64,000 bases of DNA. Origin: a bacterium. GTDB taxonomy: Bacteria; SAR324; XYD2-FULL-50-16; G965216635. A model generated the notes under the pieces. That model was not told the DNA's origin, ran no database searches, and was given only the letters and a program-made list of their open reading frames with translations. The stretch is from NCBI GenBank assembly GCA_965216635.1, contig OZ244188.1, positions 1,344,001 through 1,408,000 on the forward strand. Reading direction: 5' to 3'. Shown here piece by piece: positions 30,644 through 40,198 of this stretch. Positions within the stretch are counted from its first letter, which is position 1. Every line of letters starts with the position of its first letter. Made by a program: the position numbers and the translations under genes.

Positions 30644-31767
30644 TTTTCTGCATTAGATAATTTTTTATATTATAGACCTTTGAATTTGCCAAATAGGACA
30701 AAACTAGCTGTGACGGCTAGCCAAATGGTTAGAACAGGTGCGAAAAAAATTTTTAGCTCGCTGGAATACTGAAGAGCATTTCTTCACAAATGGCAAGAGT
30801 TAAAATTTTTTTTCAATGGCGTGGCAATAATGTGACCAGGGGCACTACAAAAATTAAAGCTAACACAATATAGACTGCAAAAGAGCCAAATGGTTATACC
30901 AGCGGCTCTTTTGCTAAAGCCTACATAGAGTGAAAGCAATAAGCTTGTTTTGGCTAAACAGAACGCAAATTCAAAGGTCTATAGAATTCTGGATTTAAAA
31001 CCTAATACTTGGGTTATGCAAGAATTGTTTTTTACTTGACAAAAATAGAATTTTTTACTACCCTGAAAGGGTAACCAATTTTAATGGTTTTTTTTTAAAT
31101 TCTACTGAAATAATATGAATAACATTAATATTACATTTTTTGATAAGGGCGGTGGTATGTAATTAGACATTAGTAAAAATGGATTTAACAGAAACGGTTC
31201 TTGTTTTTCAAACTTGCTTCATATTTCTAGGAGTGTGCATTGCTTTTTACGGAGTTTTAAGTCATCAATGTGGAAACAATTAGGTCCCCCTTCTCTAAAA
31301 AAAAAGAATCCCTTTTTCTAAATTCATCCAAAACTTAATCTTTATTTCTACTGTTTTATTTTGTGTTAATGCAGCGGGTAATTTTCTGCATTAGATAATT
31401 TTTTATATTATAGACCTTTGAATTTGCCAAATAGGACAAAACCAGCTGCGACGGCTAGCCAAATGGTTAGAACAGGTGCGAAAAAAATTTTTAGCTCGCA
31501 GCAATACTGAAGAGCATTTCTTCACAAATGGCAAGAGTTAAAATTTTTTTTCAATGGCGTAGTGCCACAATAATGTGACCAGGGGCACTACAAAACTTAA
31601 AGCTAACACAATATAGACTGCAAAAGAGCCAAATGGTTATACCAGCGGCTCTTTTGCTAAAGCCTACATAGGGTGAAAGCAATAAGCTTGCTTTGGCTAA
31701 ACAGAACGCAAATTCAAAGGTCTCGTACTAATTTAAGAACTCGTCTTTTAAGTAAGCGCTCTAAAAA

Positions 31768-32127
31768 ATGAACAAACTAATAAATTCTATAAAATCTTTA
31801 TTCCTTAATAAAGATGTGATTGGTGAGATTAAAAAGTCAGGAAACAAAATTCAGGTTGTATTAAAAATTACTTTTAAAAAAGACAAGGATATTTTTATTT
31901 CCTATTGTCCAGCATTAGATTTAGCTGATTATGGAAAAACTTTAAAACTAGCAGAAAAGAATTTAAAAATAACCACAAAATTATTTTTAGATTCTTGTGT
32001 AAAAAGGAAAGTTTTAGAAGATGTTTTAAGGGATTGTGGATGGAAAAAGTATAAAAAAGTAGAGCCTAAAACATCTGACTTAAAAACAACAATACAAATA
32101 CCTGTAAAATTCTATTCTTTGGCTTAA
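31768..32127 (+). CDS. hicB: HicB-like antitoxin
   Basis: FISYCPALDLADYGKTLKLAEKNL; overlaps hicA start (TAATG). Confidence 0.75.
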   Translation: MNKLINSIKSLFLNKDVIGEIKKSGNKIQVVLKITFKKDKDIFISYCPALDLADYGKTLKLAEKNLKITTKLFLDSCVKRKVLEDVLRDCGWKKYKKVEPKTSDLKTTIQIPVKFYSLA

Positions 32128-32356
32128 TGGGTAGGCTACTACGATACAACCGCGTAAATTAGAAAAAGCTATATTAAAATGCGGGTTTATTTATGATAGG
32201 AGTAGTGCTTCTTCCCATAGAGTGTATGAGAAAAAGGGTATCAAAAGACCTTTGATTATACCTTTTCATTCATCAAGAGAAGTTCCAGAATTTATTGTCA
32301 AGCAAGCAATAAAAGTTTCAGGACTTTCCAAAAATGAATTTTTAAAATTACTTTAG
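32127..32356 (+). pseudogene. hicA: HicA mRNA interferase, 1-nt frameshift after codon ~5
   Basis: ATG frame stops early; the other frame reads IQPRKLEKAILKCGFIYDRSSASSHRVYEKKGIKRPLIIPFH...EFLKLL*; 230 nt total. Confidence 0.78.
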
Positions 32357-32381
32357 ATATAATTTTTTCTAGGTGATCTTT

Positions 32382-33755
32382 TCAAAAAGTAATTTTCTGC
32401 ATTAGATAATTTTTTATATTATCTATTCCTATTCTCTCCTGTTTCATACTATCCCTTTCACGCACTGTAATTTTATTATCCTTTAAAGAATCAAAATCAA
32501 AGGTAATACAAAAAGGAGTGCCTATTTCATCTTGACGACGGTAACGTTTGCCAATACTGCCACTTTCATCGTGATCGCAAGCAAAATCAGCAACAAGACT
32601 ATCAAAAATTTTCATACTCTCCTCACTTAATTTTTTACTTAAGGGCAATATAGCTACTTTGACAGGAGCGAGTTCTGGAATTAATTTTAAGACTGTTCTA
32701 GTTTCCGTTTCTAATTTTTCTTCTGTATAACCGTTGCAAAGCAATGCCAAAAATAATCTATCTACCCCTAAAGAAGGCTCAATGCAGTCGGGCAGGAATT
32801 TTTCTGCATCTTCTGTATAAAACAAATCTTTTCCCGAGTGCACTTGGTGTTGTGTTAAATCATAATTACCTCTATGAGCCAAACCCCAAAGTTCTGCCCA
32901 ACCGAAAGGAAATTGAAATTCCAGATCACTGGTAGCCTTGCTATAATGAGAAAGTTCGTCTTTGGAATGCTCCCTCCATCGGAAAAGTTCCTTTTGAAAA
33001 CCAATTTTTAAAAGCCAATTCTCACAGAAAGATTGCCAATTTTTAAATTCTTGCAAAGATTCATTGGAGTGGCAGAAATATTCCAATTCCATCTGTTCAA
33101 ATTCTCGGGTACGAAAAATAAAATTACCGGGTGTGATTTCATTGCGAAAAGATTTTCCTATTTGAGCAATTCCGAAAGGTAATTTTTGGCGAGCAGTTGT
33201 TGCCGCATTTTTGAAATTGACGAAAATACCCTGAGCTGTTTCTGGTCTTAGATAGATGGTATCACTGCTATCTTTCGTTGCCCCTTGCTCTGTTTGAAAC
33301 ATTAGGTTAAACTGTCTAGTATGAGAAAAATTTCCTTTCACTCCACAATGCGGGCAAGCAGGATTTTTCTCTTGGATAAGTTTGTCTATTTGTCCCGATT
33401 CAGGTGAGTATTGTTCTAAAATTTTTTGTATATTCACACCTGATTTTTCAAGCAAGTGATCTGCTCTAAAACGGTATTTACAATTTTTACAATCTACCAG
33501 AGGGTCAGAAAAATTAGATAAATGTCCCGATGCTTCCCAAACTTTGGGATTCATTAAAACAGCACTATCCAAGCCTACAATATTTTTTTGTCTCTGCACA
33601 AAATCTTTCCACCATAAATTTTTGATATTGTTTTTCAGTTCCACTCCAATGGGACCGTAATCCCAGCTATTTGCTAAACCCCCATAGATTTCAGAGCCTT
33701 GAAACACAATACCCCTTTGTTTACACAAAGATACAATTTTTTCTATGTCTATCAT
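32382..33755 (-). CDS. glyQS: Glycyl-tRNA synthetase, alpha2 type
   Basis: LRPETAQGIF, GKSFRNEITPGNFIFRTREFEQME, SIGKRYRRQDEIGTP. Confidence 0.97.
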   Translation of the reverse strand: MIDIEKIVSLCKQRGIVFQGSEIYGGLANSWDYGPIGVELKNNIKNLWWKDFVQRQKNIVGLDSAVLMNPKVWEASGHLSNFSDPLVDCKNCKYRFRADHLLEKSGVNIQKILEQYSPESGQIDKLIQEKNPACPHCGVKGNFSHTRQFNLMFQTEQGATKDSSDTIYLRPETAQGIFVNFKNAATTARQKLPFGIAQIGKSFRNEITPGNFIFRTREFEQMELEYFCHSNESLQEFKNWQSFCENWLLKIGFQKELFRWREHSKDELSHYSKATSDLEFQFPFGWAELWGLAHRGNYDLTQHQVHSGKDLFYTEDAEKFLPDCIEPSLGVDRLFLALLCNGYTEEKLETETRTVLKLIPELAPVKVAILPLSKKLSEESMKIFDSLVADFACDHDESGSIGKRYRRQDEIGTPFCITFDFDSLKDNKITVRERDSMKQERIGIDNIKNYLMQKITF

Positions 33756-33849
33756 AAAAGTCTAAAGTATAATTAAATGGATAGTCTTATACAGACAGGC
33801 TAACGAATAAAATTTTATTTTTCAATTTTTAAACTTTCTACTACTTTTA

Positions 33850-34133
33850 TAGACCTTTGAATTTGCCAAATAGGACAAAACCAGCTGTGACGGCTAGCCA
33901 AATGGTTAGAACAGGTGCGAAAATTTGTGAAACAGCGGAGCATACACGCTAGTATGTGAGCATTTTTCACAAATTTTCAATGGCGTAGCAATAATGTGGC
34001 TAGGGGCACTACAAAACTTAAAGCTAACACAATATAGACTGCAAAAGCTCCAGTGGAGCTTTTGCTAAAGCTTGTATTGGCGTAAAAGCAATAAGCTTGT
34101 TTTGGCTAAACAGAATGCAAATACGACAGTCTA
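33850..34133. mobile_element. Palindromic MITE copy
   Basis: TAGACCTTTGAATTTGCC ... GCAAATACGACAGTCTA. Confidence 0.82.
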
Positions 34134-34196
34134 TAAATTAATATTGGGATTATTTTTTTTTTGTTGTATAATACAAACGAACCATTACAAATAAAA

Positions 34197-34604
34197 ATGT
34201 ATAATATAGCGCTAGTTTTAGGCTCTTTTCATAAAAAAAAGATAAAGCAAATGTTGGCTTTTGCTACAGATGAGGCAAGAAAACGCTTGCTTAAAATTTC
34301 GGGTGAGCTGTGGGTGCCCGGTTCTATGGAAAAACCTTTAGCTGTTAAGAAATTTCTTTTAAAAAAAGAAATAGAAGCAGTTGCAGTATTGGGAATTATA
34401 GAAAAAGGAGATACAGCGCACGGTAGGACAATGGCAGCTGCGGTTTTGCCCGCCTTAATACAGTTACAATTAGAATTTTTAAAGCCAGTGGGTATAGGTA
34501 TTTTAGGACCTGAAATAACAGAGCAGCAAATTGAGGTGAGATTAGAACCTTACGCTAGAAAATCTATTGCTGCAGTTTCTGAAATGTTAAAAAATTGCCC
34601 CTAA
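34197..34604 (+). CDS. ribH: 6,7-dimethyl-8-ribityllumazine synthase
   Basis: WVPGSMEKPL, LGIIEKGDTAH, KPVGIGILGP; likely start MYNIALV. Confidence 0.85.
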   Translation: MYNIALVLGSFHKKKIKQMLAFATDEARKRLLKISGELWVPGSMEKPLAVKKFLLKKEIEAVAVLGIIEKGDTAHGRTMAAAVLPALIQLQLEFLKPVGIGILGPEITEQQIEVRLEPYARKSIAAVSEMLKNCP

Positions 34605-34610
34605 AAAATT

Positions 34611-35519
34611 ATGAATAAAAAATTGTTTTTGCTGGAAAGTGATGAAAATTTAAGCGGGCAGTTAATTAGCTATCTCAAAAAAAATTTTGATGCTGATTTA
34701 GAAAATTTTGATTCTGCTGAAAATCTATTCAAAGCCAGTGTATCTCAACAACCAGAAGTTATTATTTTCGGCATTGATTCAAATTCTAAGAGGCTTTTTC
34801 CCAAACTAGCTTCTTTTAAGAATAGTTTTAACACCAAACTCATAGCAATAGTCTCCCAAAAAGAAAAAGGCTATATTCAATCTTTAGAAATCACACACCA
34901 CATTCTCTACAAACCTTTTACTTTTAACGAACTAGACTACTGTTTGGTAAACTGTGCTATAGATAAAAAAAAAGAAGTAGACAATTCCGAGTTTAAAAAC
35001 CAGATATTCCAAAAATTAGATATTGTAGAAAAAGATAATTTTGATTTTCAATACAAAAAAACTTTCAAAGACAGGGGTACTGTTAGGATGGAAGATGTTT
35101 GCCAAGAGCTTTATGACGATATTAATGTTTTAGATTCCAATGTAGAAAGCGAGTTTTCGCAGACATCAAATATTTTTAGTACTTCAAAAAATAAAAAGTA
35201 CCAATTTTCTCCAGAAGTAAAACTGCAAGCTAAAAAAACAGACTTAAAAGAGGAACCTGCAAATATTTATAAGAACTATTTTAAAAAGTTAAGCATTTTA
35301 TTAGCAGAAACTAAAAAAAAGGAAATTCCATCTCTCAAAGAAGAGAAAAATTTTGGAGATGAAATCGCAAGTATTAATTTAAGTCAAAAAAAATTTAATG
35401 AGCCTTCGCCTCAAAAAGAAGCAAGAAATACAGAAAAAAAAGCACCGCCAGTTCACGAGTTAAAGCAATCAAGAATTTTATCAACCCAAGACTTTAGTAT
35501 GAAATTTTTAGACGACTAA
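34611..35519 (+). CDS. Protein with N-terminal atypical receiver-like domain
   Basis: KKLFLLESD...PEVIIFGI...ILYKPFTFNEL. Confidence 0.55.
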   Translation: MNKKLFLLESDENLSGQLISYLKKNFDADLENFDSAENLFKASVSQQPEVIIFGIDSNSKRLFPKLASFKNSFNTKLIAIVSQKEKGYIQSLEITHHILYKPFTFNELDYCLVNCAIDKKKEVDNSEFKNQIFQKLDIVEKDNFDFQYKKTFKDRGTVRMEDVCQELYDDINVLDSNVESEFSQTSNIFSTSKNKKYQFSPEVKLQAKKTDLKEEPANIYKNYFKKLSILLAETKKKEIPSLKEEKNFGDEIASINLSQKKFNEPSPQKEARNTEKKAPPVHELKQSRILSTQDFSMKFLDD

Positions 35520-35523
35520 AGAT

Positions 35524-36367
35524 ATGCGACTTTGCAGGGTAAAAAACCTTAAAATAATACTATTTAGACCTTTTGAATTTGCCAAATAGGACAAAACCAG
35601 CTGCGACGGCTAGCCAAATGGTTAGAACAGGTGCAAAAAAAAATTTTGGGTGCAAGAATACTCAAGTATTTCAAGGGACAAAATTTTTTTTAACGATGTA
35701 TAGGCTAAACAGAACGCAAATTCAAAAGTCTATATTTTTTTTAGCAGTTTTTCTATTTGCATCCTGTTCTTCCAAAAAACCAGATGCTCTCATTTTCTAT
35801 TTGAAAAAAATAGAACAACTAAAAGTAAAAGAATCTGTGACAGGTTACGATCAAAAAAGAAGAGAAAAACACGTGCGGTTTTTATGGGTTAGAGCAAGAG
35901 AATTTGGTTTTCCCTACGGGAAAAATGGAGTTTTACATATAATAGAAGAAACAAGGACAAAAGATGGAGGGCAAAAAAAAAATTTAATAGTTTTACTTAC
36001 AAAAAACAGAAGGCTAGGTATTAGGCGAATAGATTATAAATTGAAAGATACTGCTTATGAAAAAAGCAGTCTTCAAAAAATACTAGAAAGTTCAAACTGG
36101 CGTGGTCTACAAACGAATTGCAGTTTTACAACAGAAAAAGAATGTAAAACTTACAGAGAGTGGATTAGTGTAGCTATGACTCCAGAATTGAGAGCCATCT
36201 TAAAAAAGACAGATAGACACACCACATTTAGACTTTATGGTGAAAAAAGATACTACGATTTTGATGCAAGATACGACTGGCTACCTTCTAAAGATTCTCC
36301 TCTAAAGCGCAAATTGAAAAAAAAAGAGAAAGACTTGGATGATTTTTTGAAAGAATTTCCTAATTGA
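35524..36367 (+). CDS. Lipoprotein whose signal peptide is interrupted by a MITE (35565-35732)
   Basis: Excising 35567-35732 restores MRLCRVKNLKIILFIFFLAVFLFASC from ATG 35524. Confidence 0.7.
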
Positions 36368-36373
36368 CTTAAC

Positions 36374-36484
36374 TAAGTTTTTTCGGCTGGTTTTTTTGGC
36401 TAATTTTTTTCGGCTAATTTTTTTTGCCTGATTTTTTTCGGCTAATTTTTTTAGGCTGATTTTTTTCGCCTAATTTTTTTCCTA
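36374..36484. repeat. Short degenerate ~14-bp tandem repeats (CTAATTTTTTTCGG-like)
   Basis: Directly visible. Confidence 0.7.
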
Positions 36485-36703
36485 AAAATTGTAGGTGTGA
36501 CCCCACATTGTGAAAAATAAACTGCCAATAGCCAATAGTATAGTTTGACAAAAAATGATTTTTCTGCAATTCTAAGCTGAAAATAGCTAGAAAAAGAAAA
36601 AAGGGGCGCCAATAGCCAATAAATAGCTTGACAAGAATTTTTTTTTATGTTAATTTTTATTTTAATGTTTGGTTTTTAATTTTAATCTCACCAATAAATA
36701 ATT

Positions 36704-38080
36704 ATGAAAAACACAAATTCCCAAGTTTTAAGGAAAACTTTTGCTGTTCGTTTTATTTTGGCTCGTTTTACTCTGGTTCGTTTCGTTTTGGCTCGTTTCG
36801 TTTTGGTAGCTATTCTTATTCCCGCCCTTCTTATAGGAAGTGCCTTTACTTTTGGAGGCAGCAAGCTGCAAGCCCAAGCGAATGGTAACAGCAAGCAGGG
36901 ATTTTTCGTTGGTATTGTCTATCTAAATGGATTTAAAGTAGATAGCACAAAAACCACACAAACTACTACAAAAACTGCTACAGGCTATAGAATTAAAGGC
37001 TATTCAGCAGTCACATCGGAGATAAAAGCTGACGCTAGTACCTTTTTTTATGAAACTCCGCTTAGAGGTTCGTACCATTACAATGGAGTAGAAGCTCTTT
37101 TTAAAAAGAGTTGTGAAACAGGAGTCACAGCGGCTACAGCGGATGGTAAACCTTATCAATACGGTCTTCCTATTTCACTGGATTCTTTTGATGCAGGCAC
37201 AAGTAGAGGTGAAGGAACTAGTGTGACTTCCACAGGTGATGGACCTGGCACAATAATGCAAAGTGGACGGACTACATTTCCTACGGGAGTTGGAAATAAC
37301 GGACAAGACATTAATTATTGTTACAGTTATTTTTACGGTGATGCTTCCCAAGGTCGTAGCATTCCTACTTTTTCTGCTTACTCTAATGACAAAGTGACTG
37401 AAGATTCAGCGCCAGTTTCTCAGGTTACAAACTCCTCGTCCAGCAAAGGCGATAGCATCTCAGGTATTGGTCTGCAATTCAGCTTTAGGTGGGAAAAATG
37501 GAGAGCCTCTCTGACCCATTTTACTGGCTCTGGGGGAGCTAACGAGCTCACCAATACACTAGTTATGGCGGATTATTTTGTAAACGAGAATTTTTTTGTA
37601 GGAGGTGGTCTGGCGAGTATGAAGCTCCAAAATAGTTTAACCAGTGGCTCTGCCACAAGTCCCGCGATTCAGATCGGCTATAAAAAAAACTTAACCCCCA
37701 ACCTATTCTTTAATCTTGGCTTGACGAAGTACATCTCTGGTGTTTCTCTAAGCCATACGACTTACACTGAGAATCAGACTGCTCCTGCTCCTACTCCTAC
37801 TGGCATCACTTTTAAGCCAAAACAGATTGAAAAAGGTGATTCAGCAGTGGTTGGTGTTTCAAATTTAAAGTCTACTGGTGTACAGTTTAATGCCCATTAC
37901 TATGTAGATGGAGTAACATTCCAACGTGATACTAGAACAAAAGTAACCCAAGTCTACAGCAGAACTGTAAATATAGAAGAAATGCGAATTCCAGTAGGAG
38001 CAACCGAAACAACCACCAAAACCGATGCCGAAATCAAAGCACCCCTCGTCATCAGCATCTCCTTCCACTTGAGTTTTTAA
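36704..38080 (+). CDS. Variable outer-membrane beta-barrel protein, paralog 2
   Basis: As paralog 1; promoter TTGACA 36628 / TAATTT 36651. Confidence 0.75.
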   Translation: MKNTNSQVLRKTFAVRFILARFTLVRFVLARFVLVAILIPALLIGSAFTFGGSKLQAQANGNSKQGFFVGIVYLNGFKVDSTKTTQTTTKTATGYRIKGYSAVTSEIKADASTFFYETPLRGSYHYNGVEALFKKSCETGVTAATADGKPYQYGLPISLDSFDAGTSRGEGTSVTSTGDGPGTIMQSGRTTFPTGVGNNGQDINYCYSYFYGDASQGRSIPTFSAYSNDKVTEDSAPVSQVTNSSSSKGDSISGIGLQFSFRWEKWRASLTHFTGSGGANELTNTLVMADYFVNENFFVGGGLASMKLQNSLTSGSATSPAIQIGYKKNLTPNLFFNLGLTKYISGVSLSHTTYTENQTAPAPTPTGITFKPKQIEKGDSAVVGVSNLKSTGVQFNAHYYVDGVTFQRDTRTKVTQVYSRTVNIEEMRIPVGATETTTKTDAEIKAPLVISISFHLSF

Positions 38081-38106
38081 GAAAAAAAAACTGCAGGAAC
38101 ATTTTT

Positions 38107-38288
38107 GTAGAGACGCCCTACAGGGCGTCTTATATGATGTGCATAAACCACAAAAAGCTGTTTTTAATAAACGTTCTAAATTTATGAGACGCCCTACAGG
38201 GCGTCTTATACGATGTGCATAAACCACAAAAAGCTGTTTTTAATAAACGTTCTAAATTTATGAGACGCCCATATAGGACGTCTCTACA
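38107..38288. repeat. REP-like hairpin array, 3 hairpins, 76-bp period
   Basis: GTAG-AGACGCCC-TACA-GGGCGTCT ... GGACGTCT-CTAC with constant linker. Confidence 0.85.
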
Positions 38289-38486
38289 GACCTACATAAA
38301 ATAAAAAATACCTCCCTGCAATGTATTTGTTTTTTTTATTTGCTTTTAAAGTGTTTTTATGTAATTATTTTTATAAAAAATAAGCAAAAAGAAAAAAACT
38401 GCCAATAGCCAAAAAAATACTATTGACAAGATTTTTTTTTCCTGTTAATTTTTATTTTAATACTAATTTTTTCATCACAAATAATT

Positions 38487-39845
38487 ATGAAAAACATAAA
38501 TTCCCAAGTTTTAAGGAAAACTTTCGCTTTTTCGCTGGTTCGTTTTACTTTGGTTCGTTTCGTTTTGGTGGCTATTCTTATTCCCGCTCTTCTTATAGGA
38601 AGTGCTTTTACTTTTGGAGGCAGTAATCTGCAAGCCCAAACGAATGGTAATAGCAAGCTGGGATTTTTCGTTGGCATTGTCTATCTAAATGGATTTAAAG
38701 TAGATAGCACAAAAACTACAAAAGCTATCACAAACACTGCTACAGGCTATAGAGTTAAAGACTATTCAGCAATCACATCGGAGATAATAGCAACTGCAGA
38801 TGACTTTTATAATACTCAGAGCGGTGGGTATCATCATACTGGAATAGAAGCTCTTTTTGAAAAGAGTTGTAAAGAAAAAGGAGTCACAGAGGCTGCAGCG
38901 GATGGTAGAACTTACTTTTATGATATTGTTTATCTGGAATCTTTTGATGCAGGCACAAGTAAAGATGAAGGGACTAGTGTGACTACCACAGGTGATGGAC
39001 CTGGCACAATATTGCACAGTGGACGGAATATATTTCCTACGGGAGTTGGAAATGACGAACAAGACACTAATTATTGTTACAGTTATTTTTACGGTGTTGC
39101 TTCCCAAGGTCGTAGCATTCCTACTTTTTCTGCTTACTCTAATGACAAAGTGACTGAAGATTCAGCGCCAGTTTCTCAGGTTACAAACTCCTCGTCCAGC
39201 AAAGGCGATAGCATCTCAGGTATTGGTCTGCAATTCAGCTTTAGGTGGGAAAAATGGAGAGCCTCTCTGACCCATTTTACTGGCTCTGGTGGGGCTAACG
39301 AGCTCGCCAATACGCTAGTAATGGCGGATTATTTTGTAAACGAGAATTTTTTTGTAGGAGGCGGTCTAGCGAGTATGAAGCTCCAAAATAGTTTAACCAG
39401 TGGCTCTGCCACAAGTCCCGCGATTCAGATCGGCTATAAGAAGAACTTAACCCCCAACCTATTCTTTAATTTTGGCTTGACGAAGTATATCTCGGGGGTT
39501 TCTCTAATCCATACGAATAAGACTGAGAATCAGACTGCTCCTATTCCCACTGGAATCACTTTTAAGCCAAAACAGACTAAAGAAGGTGATTCAGCAGTGG
39601 TTGGTGTTAGTAGAATAAAGTATGGTAGTGGTAGTCTTGAATATTTTAATGCCACTTACATCGTAGATGATGGGGATGGATCATTCAGAGGTGATTATAG
39701 AACACAAGTAACCCAAGTCCACAGCAGAACTGTAAATATAGAAGAAATGCGAATTCCAGTAGGAGCAACAGAAACAACCACCAAAAGCGATGCCGAACTC
39801 AAAGCACCCCTCGTCATCAGCATCTCCTTCCATTTGAGTTTTTAA
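38487..39845 (+). CDS. Variable outer-membrane beta-barrel protein, paralog 3
   Basis: As paralog 1; promoter TTGACA 38423 / TAATTT 38446. Confidence 0.75.
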   Translation: MKNINSQVLRKTFAFSLVRFTLVRFVLVAILIPALLIGSAFTFGGSNLQAQTNGNSKLGFFVGIVYLNGFKVDSTKTTKAITNTATGYRVKDYSAITSEIIATADDFYNTQSGGYHHTGIEALFEKSCKEKGVTEAAADGRTYFYDIVYLESFDAGTSKDEGTSVTTTGDGPGTILHSGRNIFPTGVGNDEQDTNYCYSYFYGVASQGRSIPTFSAYSNDKVTEDSAPVSQVTNSSSSKGDSISGIGLQFSFRWEKWRASLTHFTGSGGANELANTLVMADYFVNENFFVGGGLASMKLQNSLTSGSATSPAIQIGYKKNLTPNLFFNFGLTKYISGVSLIHTNKTENQTAPIPTGITFKPKQTKEGDSAVVGVSRIKYGSGSLEYFNATYIVDDGDGSFRGDYRTQVTQVHSRTVNIEEMRIPVGATETTTKSDAELKAPLVISISFHLSF

Positions 39846-39886
39846 GAAAAAAAACTGCAGGGAACATTTTTATAATAGCATAACAT

Positions 39887-39991
39887 GTAGAGACGCCCTA
39901 CAGGGCGTCTTATATGATGTGCATAAACCACAAAAAGCTGTTTTTAATAAACGTTCTAAATTTATGAGACGCCCATATAGGACGTCTCTAC
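39887..39991. repeat. REP-like hairpin doublet
   Basis: Same unit as 38107-38288, 2 hairpins. Confidence 0.85.
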
Positions 39992-40198
39992 AGACCTACA
40001 TAAAATAAAAAATGCCTCCCCGCCACGTATTTGTTTTTTTATTTGCTTTTAAAGTGTTTTTCTGTAATTATTTTTATAAAAAATAAGCAAAAAGAAAAAA
40101 ACTGCCAATAGCCAATAAATAGCTTGACAAGAATTTTTTTTTCTGTTACTTTTATTTTAATGTTTGTTTTTTAATTTTAATCTCACCAATAAATAATT

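Larger units (their letters stand above)
30630..32422. mobile_element. Islet bounded by 44-bp direct repeats of the glyQS 3' end, with two MITEs (30673-30981, 31411-31723) and hicBA
   Basis: TTTTCAAAAAGTAATTTTCTGCATTAGATAATTTTTTATATTAT at 30630 and 32379; partial third copy at 31378. Confidence 0.8.

Noticed and set aside
31115..31284. 15-aa and 34-aa ORFs in the glyQS islet as a type I toxin
   Set aside because: Only short hydrophobicity supports it; no antisense RNA evidence.
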